A stretch of 64,000 nucleotides of DNA from Candidatus Latescibacterota bacterium (GCA_965219455.1 OZ244744.1:1184001-1248000), one strand, 5' to 3'; positions 16,852-27,750 are shown, numbered from the stretch's first letter. Notes: generated from the sequence alone by a model not told the origin. Translations and numbers: made by a program.

Positions 16852-19812
16852 ATGGCTACATTTAAGACACGAGCTCGAACGCTTGACATGCTTGGGCGAC
16901 AGCAGATAGCCGGAATTCCGACTGCGATCAGTGAGTTGTTCAAAAATGCACACGATGCGTATGCCGACCACGTCGAGATCGACTATTTCCGTAGCGACGG
17001 GCTGTTCGTATTGCGTGACGATGGCGTTGGGATGAGTCGGGAGGAATTCGCCCAGCGGTGGCTGACAATTGGAACAGAGAGTAAGCTCAATTCCGGTGGT
17101 ATCGAACCAATTCGGCATGATCCGAACAAACCAATACGACCTATGCTGGGTGAGAAGGGTATCGGTCGTCTGGCTATTTCAACAATTGGTCCTCAAGTTC
17201 TGGTGCTCACCCGCGCCCGGCGCGGAGATACATTGTCCGATCTCACTGCTGCGTTCGTAAACTGGACCCTGTTTGAATGTCCGGGCATCGACCTTGAAGA
17301 CATACAGATTCCCATTCAGACTTTTCCCGGTGGCGACTTACCTTCGTATAAAGAAATACAACAATTGATATCGGCCTTCTCCGAAAATACCCGGCATCTG
17401 AGAGCCAGAATTGGAGACCAATTCTATGACCGAATATCCAGAGACCTTGGTATGTTTCGAGTCAATCCTCAGGACATCGACCGATATCTCGGTGAGCCTA
17501 CATTGAATGGCGCCGGAAGCGGTACTCATTTTATTATTATGCCCGCTTCGGACCTACTCATTGCAGATATCGACGGCGAGCCCCAAGTTGAAACGGCAAC
17601 ACCACTTACAAAGGCCCTGCTGGGATTCACAAATACCATGACGCCGAGACATTCGCCTCCGCCGATTCGAACCGCATTCAGGGACCACAAGACAGAGGAC
17701 CTCGTGAATGATCTTATCGCTGACGGCGAGTTCTTCACGCCAGAGGAGTTCGAAAATGCAGATCATCAAGTCGAGGGCCACTTTGATGAATATGGTCAAT
17801 TCCGTGGAGATGTATTGATATATGGAGAGATAATCAAACAACACGTGATTCCGTGGACCGGTGCTGGTGGTAGTCCGACCCTTTGTGGTCCCTTCTCGGT
17901 AAATTTCGCCGCCATCGAAGGAGTTGCAACATACTCGACACTCCCACGAGAAGATCATGCTCGTATGGCTCAGAAAATGGAAAAAATCGGAGGCTTGTAC
18001 ATCTTCCGGGATGGTGTAAGGATCTTGCCATATGGAAACACGGATTATGATTGGCTCGACATCGAATTCCATCGAACAAAGAGCGCTTATTATTATTACT
18101 TCTCACACCGCAAGATGTTTGGAGCTATCGAAATTGACAGTACAAATAATCCGCGGCTCAACGAAAAGGCTGGAAGAGAGGGATTTAGGGAAAACAAGGC
18201 TTACCGTCAATTCAAGAGTATATTGAAACACTTTATTGTACAAGTCGCCGCGGACTTTTTCCGAAAAGAAGGTGTGCACAGCGAGAGATTCGAAGAACGG
18301 AAGGAGGAGCTTAGTAAGATTGAGTTGGATAGGAGACGAAGAGAAAAATCCGTATCCATAAAGAAGCAGAAAATGAGCAAAGATCTTGCCTGGTTCTTTG
18401 AAAAGTTATCGGCCAATTCTCCGCAGGAAGAAGCCGTGAAGCTCAGCCAGAAATTTGCGCAGGAACTAAAAGTGGCATGCCTAATCTCCGATCCGCAGCA
18501 CGCGGCACAAGAGATTGTCCGGATTGAGCAGGAAGCACATGCGGAACTTAGAAAGATCGAATCCCAATATAAGATTTCGCGACCTCGTATCGGTCTCAGC
18601 AAAGCCATGCAAAAAGAGTGGAATGAGTACACCGCTGCTTTTTCGGATCTTTCGGACGATGTGTTCATTCCCACGCGAGAGTTGATCGGAGAGACCGTTC
18701 GAGAGGAGGCCGAAAGAGCTCGCGTGCAAATTGACCGAAGCCTTCAGGTGAAAACTACCCTTGAAGAGCTTGCGGCGCAGGCCAAGAAGCAGACCAGAGA
18801 CAGTGGAAACATCGTGAAACAGGAAGCACATAGGGTAGCTTCTGGTGTTCGAGACGTGGCGAGTACCTGCCTTAGCGAGGTTGAAGACGAACTACGATCG
18901 GTTGTGAGCGAGTTCCAACGTATAGACGTTTCCAAACTTCAGGACGCCGATTTTGTAGAAACACGAAATACTTTGGAAGCACGCATTCTGGGTGTTGCGG
19001 AAAATAAGTCGAGCTTGCTTGGCTCACTTATTGACCAGTTGAAAGCTGTCGAATTGACCGGGGAGACATCCGCTCTCGATCAACTTGTGGCTATCGAGCA
19101 GCGCAATGTCGCATTGGAAGAGGAAGTTGAAGCCGACCTGCAACTGGCCCAACTCGGAATGGCGGTAGAGATTATCAATCACGAATTTCATGCGACAATC
19201 CGTTCCATTCGTAACAATCTGCGCAGGCTAAAAGCGTGGGCCGATATCAACAAGGACCTCGAAGTACTGTACCACAACATCCGGGCGAGTTTCGATCATC
19301 TGGATGGATACTTGACGCTTTTCACACCGCTTCAACGTAGGCTTTATCGCAGGGCTGTGGATATTCGAGGTTCCGATATTTACACGTTTCTAAGCGATCT
19401 TTTCAGGGAGAGATTCTCACGTCTCGACATCGAATTCCGAAAGACAAGAGCGTTTTCAGAAATGAAAATAAACGGTTACCCTTCATCCTTCTATCCGGTA
19501 TTCGTCAATGTTATTGACAATGCAGTGTACTGGGTTTCCCAGAATAATCCCTCGGAGGAACGCCGGATTGTTCTTGATGCAACAGATGACTTTTTTTTGG
19601 TTGCCGATTCCGGCCCTGGTGTTAACGCAGGGGATAGAGAGGCGATCTTTGAATTCGGCTTCACAAGAAAACCGGGAGGAAGGGGAATGGGGCTGCATAT
19701 TGCCCGAGAGGTACTTCGTCGCGTTGGCTACGATTTGTCTCTACGAGATTCCGAAGATCATAAGGGCGCTACCTTTGCCATCGGCCCCGCGACTCCAACA
19801 TCAGAAGAGTAG
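16852..19812 (+). CDS. GHKL/MORC-like ATPase fused via a coiled coil to a histidine kinase module
   Basis: N-terminal ELFKNAHDA, DDGVGM, GEKGIGRLA; C-terminal H-box IINHEF, N-box NVIDNA, DSGPGV, IFEFGFTRK, GRGMGL. Confidence 0.88.
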   Translation: MATFKTRARTLDMLGRQQIAGIPTAISELFKNAHDAYADHVEIDYFRSDGLFVLRDDGVGMSREEFAQRWLTIGTESKLNSGGIEPIRHDPNKPIRPMLGEKGIGRLAISTIGPQVLVLTRARRGDTLSDLTAAFVNWTLFECPGIDLEDIQIPIQTFPGGDLPSYKEIQQLISAFSENTRHLRARIGDQFYDRISRDLGMFRVNPQDIDRYLGEPTLNGAGSGTHFIIMPASDLLIADIDGEPQVETATPLTKALLGFTNTMTPRHSPPPIRTAFRDHKTEDLVNDLIADGEFFTPEEFENADHQVEGHFDEYGQFRGDVLIYGEIIKQHVIPWTGAGGSPTLCGPFSVNFAAIEGVATYSTLPREDHARMAQKMEKIGGLYIFRDGVRILPYGNTDYDWLDIEFHRTKSAYYYYFSHRKMFGAIEIDSTNNPRLNEKAGREGFRENKAYRQFKSILKHFIVQVAADFFRKEGVHSERFEERKEELSKIELDRRRREKSVSIKKQKMSKDLAWFFEKLSANSPQEEAVKLSQKFAQELKVACLISDPQHAAQEIVRIEQEAHAELRKIESQYKISRPRIGLSKAMQKEWNEYTAAFSDLSDDVFIPTRELIGETVREEAERARVQIDRSLQVKTTLEELAAQAKKQTRDSGNIVKQEAHRVASGVRDVASTCLSEVEDELRSVVSEFQRIDVSKLQDADFVETRNTLEARILGVAENKSSLLGSLIDQLKAVELTGETSALDQLVAIEQRNVALEEEVEADLQLAQLGMAVEIINHEFHATIRSIRNNLRRLKAWADINKDLEVLYHNIRASFDHLDGYLTLFTPLQRRLYRRAVDIRGSDIYTFLSDLFRERFSRLDIEFRKTRAFSEMKINGYPSSFYPVFVNVIDNAVYWVSQNNPSEERRIVLDATDDFFLVADSGPGVNAGDREAIFEFGFTRKPGGRGMGLHIAREVLRRVGYDLSLRDSEDHKGATFAIGPATPTSEE

Positions 19813-19828
19813 ATTGGGAAAAAACCAA

Positions 19829-21412
19829 ATGGATGAATTTAACAAGCGCTGTGCGAAAATTGCAGAGCGTTTTCTCTTAACTGCTGTCATCGTCGATGAT
19901 CAGGCGCAGATATCCGAGTCGCCCACGCCAACTGAGTTGTTAGTGAAACCGGATCGGCATACAATTGGTACTGCACCTGACGAAACGCCTGGGAATAATG
20001 AAGTAACTGCCAACAGCCTAGACGCCAGAACATTGGTAGACTCATTCGCGAAACAAGGATTGATCTGCGCCGTGATAGCCCCGTCAGAAAATGATCCATC
20101 AACCGCCGACACGGTGATGCCAGTTGCGAGGCGGGCTGATATGGTCATTTTGGATTGGCGATTGCATCAAGACGATGGTGAAAAGACTATTGGATTGTTG
20201 ACGCATTTGTTAAGAGACGGGGAAGCCACTCGATTGCGTCTGATCGCGATTTACACTGGACAATACAATCTCATCGAAATAGGAGCAACCCTCAAGGAAA
20301 AACTCGCGCAACAAGGATGGGATTTTCAATCGGACGGCCAGGGCGTCCAGTTATCCTACGGACATTGTCGTATCGTTATTTACGCGAAGTCCCGGACTCC
20401 ACTGGGACCGGAGTTGAGAGACAGGGCAATTTCGGAGGGTGATATTCCGAATCGTCTCATTGGAGATTTCGCTGACATGACACACGGTCTGCTACCCAGT
20501 ATTGCCCTGACCTCGCTTGCAGCGGTGCGCAAGAATGCTCACAAGGTACTCGATAGCTTCTCATCGGAGCTTGACCCTGCGTTCCTCGCACACCGTGCTT
20601 GTCTTCCCGTCCCCGACAATTCCCAGCAACACATTGTCAATCTGCTTGTTAGCGAGCTACACGCAATCATGGACGACGCTTCGACACAAGAGTGTCCGGC
20701 GAGTATTGAGGCCATTAGGGAATGGCTATTATCAAGATTCGGACAAGAAATGATATTTGAATTTGGGCCGAAAAAGAAGCTATCTTTCGACAAAACTGTT
20801 TCACTTATCCAATGTGGGCTGGACAAGAGTGATATATTGAGTCGTAAAGACTTCGAAATCTTATCGTCTCGATTTCAGATAAATGGTGAGGCTTCAGTAG
20901 AGCTCGACCAACAGCTGGCATGGATGTTTAATTTTCGGACAGTGAGTAATTCTCCACCTCCAATTCTTCAATTGGGTACTGCTCTCGAGAAACGGAATCG
21001 AGAAGATGGAAACGCCCTGTATCTATGTATGAGGCCAAGATGCGACAGCCTGCGGTTGCAGAATGCGGAGACATTCCTCTTATTGCCATTAATCGATCCA
21101 GTCAGAGATACGATTCAGCTAGTTCTGAAAACAGAAAAGGGCGAATATTCGCGCCGAAGTCTTTGCACGAGTCCGTCCCAATGGCTGTTGGTAGAATTCG
21201 CACCGGACGATTCGAAAAAGTGTGTGGTTGCAGGAAAAGGCGCGGACGGGCAGTTTTCCTTCACGAGCACGAACGGAACCAGATTCAATTGGATCGGAGA
21301 ACTCAAGGCGGAATTCGCTCAGCGCGTGGCCCAACATTTCGCTTCAGGATTGTCACGAGTAGCTACGGACAACTCCGAATGGCTTAGAAGACATGAAGGG
21401 TCAGGTCGTTGA
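19829..21412 (+). CDS. Receiver-domain protein (527 aa) with an uncharacterised C-terminal region
   Basis: AVIVDD, MVILDW (phospho-acceptor Asp), IYTG, YAK; ATG 17 nt after the kinase stop. Confidence 0.8.
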   Translation: MDEFNKRCAKIAERFLLTAVIVDDQAQISESPTPTELLVKPDRHTIGTAPDETPGNNEVTANSLDARTLVDSFAKQGLICAVIAPSENDPSTADTVMPVARRADMVILDWRLHQDDGEKTIGLLTHLLRDGEATRLRLIAIYTGQYNLIEIGATLKEKLAQQGWDFQSDGQGVQLSYGHCRIVIYAKSRTPLGPELRDRAISEGDIPNRLIGDFADMTHGLLPSIALTSLAAVRKNAHKVLDSFSSELDPAFLAHRACLPVPDNSQQHIVNLLVSELHAIMDDASTQECPASIEAIREWLLSRFGQEMIFEFGPKKKLSFDKTVSLIQCGLDKSDILSRKDFEILSSRFQINGEASVELDQQLAWMFNFRTVSNSPPPILQLGTALEKRNREDGNALYLCMRPRCDSLRLQNAETFLLLPLIDPVRDTIQLVLKTEKGEYSRRSLCTSPSQWLLVEFAPDDSKKCVVAGKGADGQFSFTSTNGTRFNWIGELKAEFAQRVAQHFASGLSRVATDNSEWLRRHEGSGR

Positions 21413-21473
21413 TGCGATCAAAATTGAGACGCATCGACACAGACCTGCACGATTCGCAAGGGGGACGAAACGC

Positions 21474-21722
21474 ATGATACAAACCAGCGAATCCGCCTTC
21501 GAGACCGTCATCGAAGCGCACCTGCTTCAGAACGGATACGTTCCCGTTGCCCGCAAATGCTTCGACAGCGACCGTGCGATTTTCCCCGACGTCGTAATTG
21601 CGTTTATCCGTGACACTCAACCCAAAGAATGGGCCAGGTTGGAGACGCTGCACGGTGATAGAACGGGAGAGCAGGTTCTCACGGACCTTTGTAAGTGGAT
21701 GGACACGAACGGTTCGCTCGCT
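21474..21722 (+). pseudogene. hsdR: 5' fragment (83 codons) of a second hsdR
   Basis: [18 protein letters not shown]...[11 protein letters not shown] is colinear with the start of 23497; the last ~75 nt are near-identical. Confidence 0.9.
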
Positions 21723-21846
21723 CAGAGCCATCGCCAACAATACCATTTCACTGATCAAAGAACGCCGCTCCGCGCTCATAACTGCCTCGGTCACCGGAGA
21801 AATCGACGTCCAGGGCGGCGTTGCCTTGAACGCCCAAGCTAAGTAA
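21721..21846 (+). pseudogene. hsdS: 3' fragment of a second hsdS
   Basis: LRAIANNTISLIKERRSALITASVTGEIDV resembles the end of the intact HsdS (ERAVSLLNERRSTLIAAAVTGK). Confidence 0.8.
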
Positions 21847-21859
21847 TCTCTGTCAGCCT

Positions 21860-22237
21860 ATGAGTTACCGAGAGCCGTTACCTGAAGGATGCCCACCTGA
21901 TGCCGCAGAAGACATTATAGCATCGCGAGAGGTTTTTCGGTTGGTGCGAACTAGCCCACCGACGGAGGAGGACTTCACATCCCAGCGAGCTGAAAATCCG
22001 GACCGTGACTTCGGTAAGATCCCCGAGTGCCAAGCCAGGGGACTATCTGTTTTTGCTGAACGAGGCGATTCCCAAAAGGCATTGAAGCTCCCGAGACTAC
22101 GCGGGCGTCTAATTTGCCGAGTAGTGCTCGAAAAGGGTGCGGGCTCCATTCAACAGACAGGTCAGCGCTCACATCATACTTGGTGGCCGCTAGCAGATTT
22201 CGATATTTTGGCGTACTGTATAGTGGAAACCCCATGA
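21860..22237 (+). CDS. 125-aa hypothetical protein, possible ADP-ribosyltransferase-like fold
   Basis: VFRLV...GLSVF...HHTWW pattern; ATGA overlap with the next gene. Confidence 0.6.
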   Translation: MSYREPLPEGCPPDAAEDIIASREVFRLVRTSPPTEEDFTSQRAENPDRDFGKIPECQARGLSVFAERGDSQKALKLPRLRGRLICRVVLEKGAGSIQQTGQRSHHTWWPLADFDILAYCIVETP

Positions 22238-23367
22238 AAAAGATCCGACACACCAAGACGCTTTTCTATTACGATGGCCCTCAGGTCTTCGAGGCCCACG
22301 ATGCGATCGGTGGACACTATGTTGCGGTCATGGTGGAGTCTGATAATCAAGATGAACGTTATCTCGTAGCCGGTGTCCCTCCCGAGCAATTGCGTGAATT
22401 CCGTTCAGGCGCACTCGATCTGCGGTCATTGCTGATAGAATCGGACGAAGAGGAACGGTATCTGGCGACAGTAGATACCGACTTGGATCATCCACTAGTG
22501 CTTAATAATCTGTCTACTACCCTCATGGATAGTGGATTTCTTCCAGATGCTGGTTTTGTGTTACACGACCGCTCTTCAGACGATTCTGTGCTCAGGGAAG
22601 CCCGGGAACGCAACAACCTCGTACTTGAGGTCGTTGCAGAGCCACCAGAGGCGACGATGCAACATCGTATCCGTGCGAATACGCTCGCAGAGATGTTGAA
22701 TCTCGTTCAGGGCATGGTCAAATACGCTTACAGAACAGAAATGAAGGGAGATGATCCTCGCTATCGGCAGCCGGATGAAGACATGATGGATGTCGTTGTT
22801 CCAGCGGCAGCCGGATCATTTCAGATTGTTCTTGAAGCAGCGAGTATGCCGGATTTTTTCGGAGGCAGTAAACTTGCTAGAGCACTACGACGAATCGATG
22901 TGCTATTTGAGGATACTGCGAACCCTGAGAAAACACTTCTCACCGTAAAGGAACAACGTGGGCACCTGGCAGGGACATATCTGAAGCTCTTGCGTTTTTT
23001 GGTTGAACGAGAAACGGGGCTGCGCTACTCGTGGGCCGAACCGAAATCAGAACGCCCAAGCAACCGCGCAGTATCGCAGTCCGAGGCAGGCCTGCTAATA
23101 GAAGCACTTTCGAGTGTTACGAATCTGGGAAGCGAATCAATGACGCTGGAGGGAACCTTCGAGAGATTTAACCGTGGAAGCGGCTCTTGGGGATTGCTCA
23201 CGAACGAAGGAAAACGTTGGGGCAAGGTTAAGGGAGGGGGGCCAAGTCTAGATGGTTTGGAGGTCGGCGGGCGTTACAGATTTTACTGTGATGAAGAAGT
23301 AGAGGAAGTCGCTATCACGGGCCGCGAGTTACGGGTTCTCTATCTGAAAAACCATGAACCAGCCTGA
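22234..23367 (+). CDS. 377-aa hypothetical protein with a DUF6575-like N-terminus
   Basis: N-terminal LFYYDGPQVFEAHDAIGGHYVAV (family recalled, not searched); start taken at the overlapping ATG. Confidence 0.65.
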   Translation: MKKIRHTKTLFYYDGPQVFEAHDAIGGHYVAVMVESDNQDERYLVAGVPPEQLREFRSGALDLRSLLIESDEEERYLATVDTDLDHPLVLNNLSTTLMDSGFLPDAGFVLHDRSSDDSVLREARERNNLVLEVVAEPPEATMQHRIRANTLAEMLNLVQGMVKYAYRTEMKGDDPRYRQPDEDMMDVVVPAAAGSFQIVLEAASMPDFFGGSKLARALRRIDVLFEDTANPEKTLLTVKEQRGHLAGTYLKLLRFLVERETGLRYSWAEPKSERPSNRAVSQSEAGLLIEALSSVTNLGSESMTLEGTFERFNRGSGSWGLLTNEGKRWGKVKGGGPSLDGLEVGGRYRFYCDEEVEEVAITGRELRVLYLKNHEPA

Positions 23368-23496
23368 GTTGTAAAGGAGCTACTGACGATCATCAATTCG
23401 CACCAATGCTATGGCTTTCCAAAAGCTCCGCCTCAGTTTCTCTGCAAGATGGAAATCGAAGATCACGAATGACCAAAGTGGTGCTTATAAGAAGAC

Positions 23497-26400
23497 ATGA
23501 GCCAAACCACTGAAACAGCCTTCGAGACCGTCATCGAAGCGCATCTACTGGCGAGTGGTTACGTTCGGGTCGCGGGAGATGAGTTCGACCGCGACCGCGC
23601 CATCTTCCCCGACACCGTCCTCGCCTTCATCCGAAAAACCCAGCCCGTAGAATGGGCCAGATTGGAGGCGCTGCACGGTGATAGAACGGGAGAGCAGGTT
23701 CTCACGGACCTTTGCAAGTGGATGGACACGAACGGTTCGCTCGCTACGTTGCGACACGGCTTCAAATGCTACGGGCGCACACTCTATCCCGCATTCTTCA
23801 AGGCCGCTCATGAGTTGAACCCGGAACTCGAAGCCCGCTATGCGGCAAACCGGCTTGGAATCACCCGCCAACTTCGTTACTCACCTCGATCAGAGAAGTC
23901 CCTCGACGTTACGCTAAGTCTGAACGGTATACCTGTCGGTACGGTTGAACTCAAAAATCCCCTTACCGGGCAAACAGTTGACGACGCATTGCGCCAGTAT
24001 CGTCGGGATCGTGATCCCAGAGAACCGATTTTCGAGTTCAAACGGCGTTCGCTCGTTCATTTCGCTGTCGACACCGAGTGCGTACGCATGACCACTCGAC
24101 TGGCCGGGGGCGCGACCCAGTTTCTACCGTTCGACAAAGGGAATGATGGCGGGGCGGGAAACCCGCCCGATCCGAACGGGCGGAACTATCGGACGTCATA
24201 CCTCTGGGAGGAAGTGTTCGAACGCGACAGCCTGCTCGACATTCTCGCACGCTATATCCATCTGCAGACCGAGGAAAAACGCGACGACCAGGGCCGAATG
24301 GTGAAGGTCGAGTCGATGATCTTCCCGAGATATCACCAACTCGATGCCGTCCGGCTGTTGGTGAAAACGGCTCGCGAAGAGGAGGTCGGAAATAACTACC
24401 TTATCGAACACTCGGCGGGCAGCGGCAAGAGCAACACCATCGGCTGGCTTGCGCACCGCCTCGCTTGCCTGCACAACAAGTCAAATGAGCGCGTTTTCGA
24501 TAGCGTGATCGTCGTGACTGACCGCGTCGTCCTGGACCAGCAACTGCAAGACACCATCTACCAATTTGAACACAAGCATGGCGTGGTCCAGAAGATCGAC
24601 GAACGGTCTCGGCAGCTCGCCGAAGCCCTTGAGACGGCAGTCCCGATCATCATCACCACACTTCAGAAATTTCCTTTCGTCTCACAACATTTGCTTAAGA
24701 TGACCGAGGAAAGAGGCGAAAACGGGTCCGGTACGCTTCCTTCACGGCGCTGTGCAGTCATCGTCGATGAGGCGCACAGTTCGCAGGGCGGGGAGACCTC
24801 GACGCATCTCAGGGAGATCCTCGGGGGAGAAGATCTTCGGGAGGAGGCACGCCGACGCGCGGAGGAGGAGGGGAGCGAAGAACTCGAAGAATTATTCCGC
24901 AGTATGGCCAAGCGCGGCAGGCAGGCAAATCTGAGTTTCTTTGCGTTCACGGCGACGCCCAAACACAGGACACTTGCCGTGTTTGGCCGCGACGGTGAGC
25001 AATTCCATAAATACACGATGCGGCAGGCAATCGAGGAAGGATTCATCCTCGACGTTCTTGAGCACTACACGACCTATTCGACATACTACAAGCTCCTGAA
25101 AGACTGCGAGGAAGATCCGAACGTCGAGCGTAAGCCGGCTGCGCGCGCACTGGTGCAATTTATGCGGCTGCACCCATACAACATCGCGCAAAAAACCCAA
25201 GTAATGGTTGAACATTTCCAGACCGTTACACGGCACAAGATCGGCGGCAGAGCCAAGGCTATGGTGGTGACAGGCTCGCGCCTGGAAGCTGTGCGTTACA
25301 AGCTGAGTTTTGATGATTACATTGAAAAGAAGCGATATCCGATCAAAACGCTGGTCGCGTTCTCGGGTACCGTACAAGACGACAAATTTCCGGGCGTCGA
25401 GTTCACCGAAGTAAAGATGAACGAAGGTATTCGCGAGACGGAACTTCCGGAGAAGTTCGCTACACAGCATTATCAGGTGCTGCTGGTGGCGGAAAAGTAC
25501 CAGACCGGTTTCGATCAGCCGCTACTTCACACGATGTACGTCGACAAGCGACTCGCGGGCATCCAGGCCGTACAGACGCTTTCGCGCCTGAACCGCACCC
25601 ATCCTCTCAAAGAGGACACGTTTGTGCTGGACTTCGTCAATGACCGGGAAGAGATCCGGGAGGCGTTTAAGGTCTATTACGAAGGCGCGGAGATGGGCGA
25701 GGAAGTCGATCCCGCCAGAATGTACGAGGTAAAAGGGGACCTCGACGCGTCAGGGATCTATCTCGATGAGGAAATCAAAAGGTTTTGTGCAGTATATTTT
25801 AAACCCAGGCAGCGGCAGAGCGTCCAAGACCACAAGGAAATGAACGCCGCGCTTGATCCCGCAGTCACACGCTTTAGCGAAATGTGGGAAGAAAATGAAG
25901 ACGGGGCGGAACTCCTTCGCGGACAGATCCAGGCGTTCCGCAACCTCTATGGGTTCTTGAGCCAGATCATTCCGTACCAGGACTCGGACCTGGAACGCCT
26001 GCATGTGTTCCTTCGACATCTGGCGCCGAAACTGCGAAAACGCAGGAGCGGCCCGGCCTATCATTTTGACGACGACGTGCGACTTGAATACTACCGGCTG
26101 CAGAAGATCAGCGAAGGCTCGATTTCCCTGGCTGAGGGGGACGCGCATGCCCTGGACGGACCAAAAGAGGTCGGCAGCGGCGAATTACACGAAGAGTCGG
26201 TGGCGCTATCCCAACTGATCGACATCGTTAACGAGCGCTTTGGGACCGACTTCAACCAGGCCGACCAACTCTTCTTTGATCACATCGTCGAGGCCGCAAT
26301 TGCCGACGATGGAATGCGTCAGGCGGCAGCGGTAAACCCCGAGGACAAATTCGAACTGGTGTTCAGAAGTCTACTGGATCAAATCTTCGTCGAACGCATG

Positions 26401-27033
26401 GATCAGAACGAGGCGATCTTTCAGCGATATATGAACGACGACTCATTCCAGAATACTGTCCGCAATTGGATGACTGCCGAAGCCTATCGACGGCTGCGTT
26501 CCGACTTGGCTGTAACAGAAGAAACAGCGACAGATCCCGGGTTCCCGGCCGCACTTCGACTGGTTGAAGGCCAGCCAGAGGAACGATACGTTACATGTGT
26601 GCCGTTTGTTCCGCTCAAAGCGGCCGCTGGCGCATTCGGCGATCCACAGCACATCGAGGACGGCGAATTCGAATGGGCATCCGTGGATTCTCGCCATCGT
26701 CTCCGGCCGGGTATGTTTGTCGCGCAGATCGTCGGACGATCAATGGAACCCGCGATCCCCAATGGAGCGTATGGCTTATTTCGTGCTCCGGTCGAAGGTA
26801 CACGTCAGGGAAAGACCGTCCTGGTGCAACTCAGCGACGCAACCGATCCCGAAACAGGCCAGCGCTACACCATCAAGCGTTATCACAGCGAGAAGATCCA
26901 ATATGGCGAATCCTGGCGGCACGACGTCATTACCCTCCGGCCCAACAATCCCGAATTCGAACCCATCGTCCTGAACGAGAGGGATGAAGGGGAGCTTCAG
27001 GTCTTGGCGGAGTTGTTGGAAGTTATAAGTTAA
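23497..27033 (+). CDS. hsdR: Type I R-M restriction subunit with a C-terminal LexA-like S24 peptidase domain
   Basis: [15 protein letters not shown] nuclease, [24 protein letters not shown]; tail VPLKAAAG...GRSMEP...TIKR. Confidence 0.93.
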   Translation: MSQTTETAFETVIEAHLLASGYVRVAGDEFDRDRAIFPDTVLAFIRKTQPVEWARLEALHGDRTGEQVLTDLCKWMDTNGSLATLRHGFKCYGRTLYPAFFKAAHELNPELEARYAANRLGITRQLRYSPRSEKSLDVTLSLNGIPVGTVELKNPLTGQTVDDALRQYRRDRDPREPIFEFKRRSLVHFAVDTECVRMTTRLAGGATQFLPFDKGNDGGAGNPPDPNGRNYRTSYLWEEVFERDSLLDILARYIHLQTEEKRDDQGRMVKVESMIFPRYHQLDAVRLLVKTAREEEVGNNYLIEHSAGSGKSNTIGWLAHRLACLHNKSNERVFDSVIVVTDRVVLDQQLQDTIYQFEHKHGVVQKIDERSRQLAEALETAVPIIITTLQKFPFVSQHLLKMTEERGENGSGTLPSRRCAVIVDEAHSSQGGETSTHLREILGGEDLREEARRRAEEEGSEELEELFRSMAKRGRQANLSFFAFTATPKHRTLAVFGRDGEQFHKYTMRQAIEEGFILDVLEHYTTYSTYYKLLKDCEEDPNVERKPAARALVQFMRLHPYNIAQKTQVMVEHFQTVTRHKIGGRAKAMVVTGSRLEAVRYKLSFDDYIEKKRYPIKTLVAFSGTVQDDKFPGVEFTEVKMNEGIRETELPEKFATQHYQVLLVAEKYQTGFDQPLLHTMYVDKRLAGIQAVQTLSRLNRTHPLKEDTFVLDFVNDREEIREAFKVYYEGAEMGEEVDPARMYEVKGDLDASGIYLDEEIKRFCAVYFKPRQRQSVQDHKEMNAALDPAVTRFSEMWEENEDGAELLRGQIQAFRNLYGFLSQIIPYQDSDLERLHVFLRHLAPKLRKRRSGPAYHFDDDVRLEYYRLQKISEGSISLAEGDAHALDGPKEVGSGELHEESVALSQLIDIVNERFGTDFNQADQLFFDHIVEAAIADDGMRQAAAVNPEDKFELVFRSLLDQIFVERMDQNEAIFQRYMNDDSFQNTVRNWMTAEAYRRLRSDLAVTEETATDPGFPAALRLVEGQPEERYVTCVPFVPLKAAAGAFGDPQHIEDGEFEWASVDSRHRLRPGMFVAQIVGRSMEPAIPNGAYGLFRAPVEGTRQGKTVLVQLSDATDPETGQRYTIKRYHSEKIQYGESWRHDVITLRPNNPEFEPIVLNERDEGELQVLAELLEVIS

Positions 27034-27174
27034 TCTCCGTTACCGTCTTTATTACCTCACACATGGAAATAGATGGACAGCGGGTCGCTGCTTTTCCTGC
27101 GGCACTGCATCTAGTCGGACAAGATATTTCGGAACAAAATGACCTTCACGTGACGTCTTTGCAGGAAAAATCCG

Positions 27175-27591
27175 ATGAATGAAACTCCGAATCCAAGATC
27201 GTTTATCGTTAGTGGAATGCTTGACGGGATCGAACACGGCAACGGCCGTTTTCGCCTTGTGGTGGGACAGCGAGCGGTGCTTTTCGGACGCGTAGACCCG
27301 AGGTCATTGGACTTGGAGGCATTGCGTCCTTTGTGGGGCAAACACACGACCGTCGAGGGCATTGTGCACTTCAAGGTTAACGGGCAGCCACGACTCATCG
27401 AAGCTCGCCGGATTAGTAGTCATCAAAGAGGGGATGTGGTCTTCGAAGAAATGCCAACGGTCGACGCAGAGGATTCGCACGCCTTGTTTCCTGTTACACG
27501 GAAGGAAGCAAAAGTGTTCGACCCGATTCAGCTTGCCGGAGCCTGGCCTGGAGATGAACCGATCGAGCAACTCCTCGCCCAACTCGATTGA
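27175..27591 (+). CDS. 138-aa hypothetical protein, probably a 5'-truncated remnant; its 3' half is duplicated at 28211-28445
   Basis: ORF track plus the visible duplication. Confidence 0.5.
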   Translation: MNETPNPRSFIVSGMLDGIEHGNGRFRLVVGQRAVLFGRVDPRSLDLEALRPLWGKHTTVEGIVHFKVNGQPRLIEARRISSHQRGDVVFEEMPTVDAEDSHALFPVTRKEAKVFDPIQLAGAWPGDEPIEQLLAQLD

Positions 27592-27599
27592 AAAAAACG

Positions 27600-27691
27600 C
27601 CCGCGCAAGCGAAGCGAAGCTTCTATCAACGGATACTGACTTTCAACACCTGGACGGAATCTGGTTTCATTTCATCTGTAATAATCAGTAA
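27600..27691 (+). pseudogene. C-terminal remnant of a PIN/VapC-like toxin
   Basis: ARASEAKLLSTDTDFQHLDGIW fits the PIN C-terminal T-x-D-x-D-F motif; no start codon. Confidence 0.55.
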
Positions 27692-27750
27692 CACTACTTT
27701 TTTCACACCAAATCTGTCAGTGTGGATGTCGACAGAGTCAGATCGAGCCT

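Noticed and set aside
19508-19828. 107-aa N-terminal extension of the receiver protein in the ORF track
   Set aside because: It overlaps the kinase gene in another frame; ATG at 19829 is the plausible start.
21393-21842. 149-aa ORF as a functional gene
   Set aside because: It is the hsdR fragment reading out of frame into the hsdS remnant.
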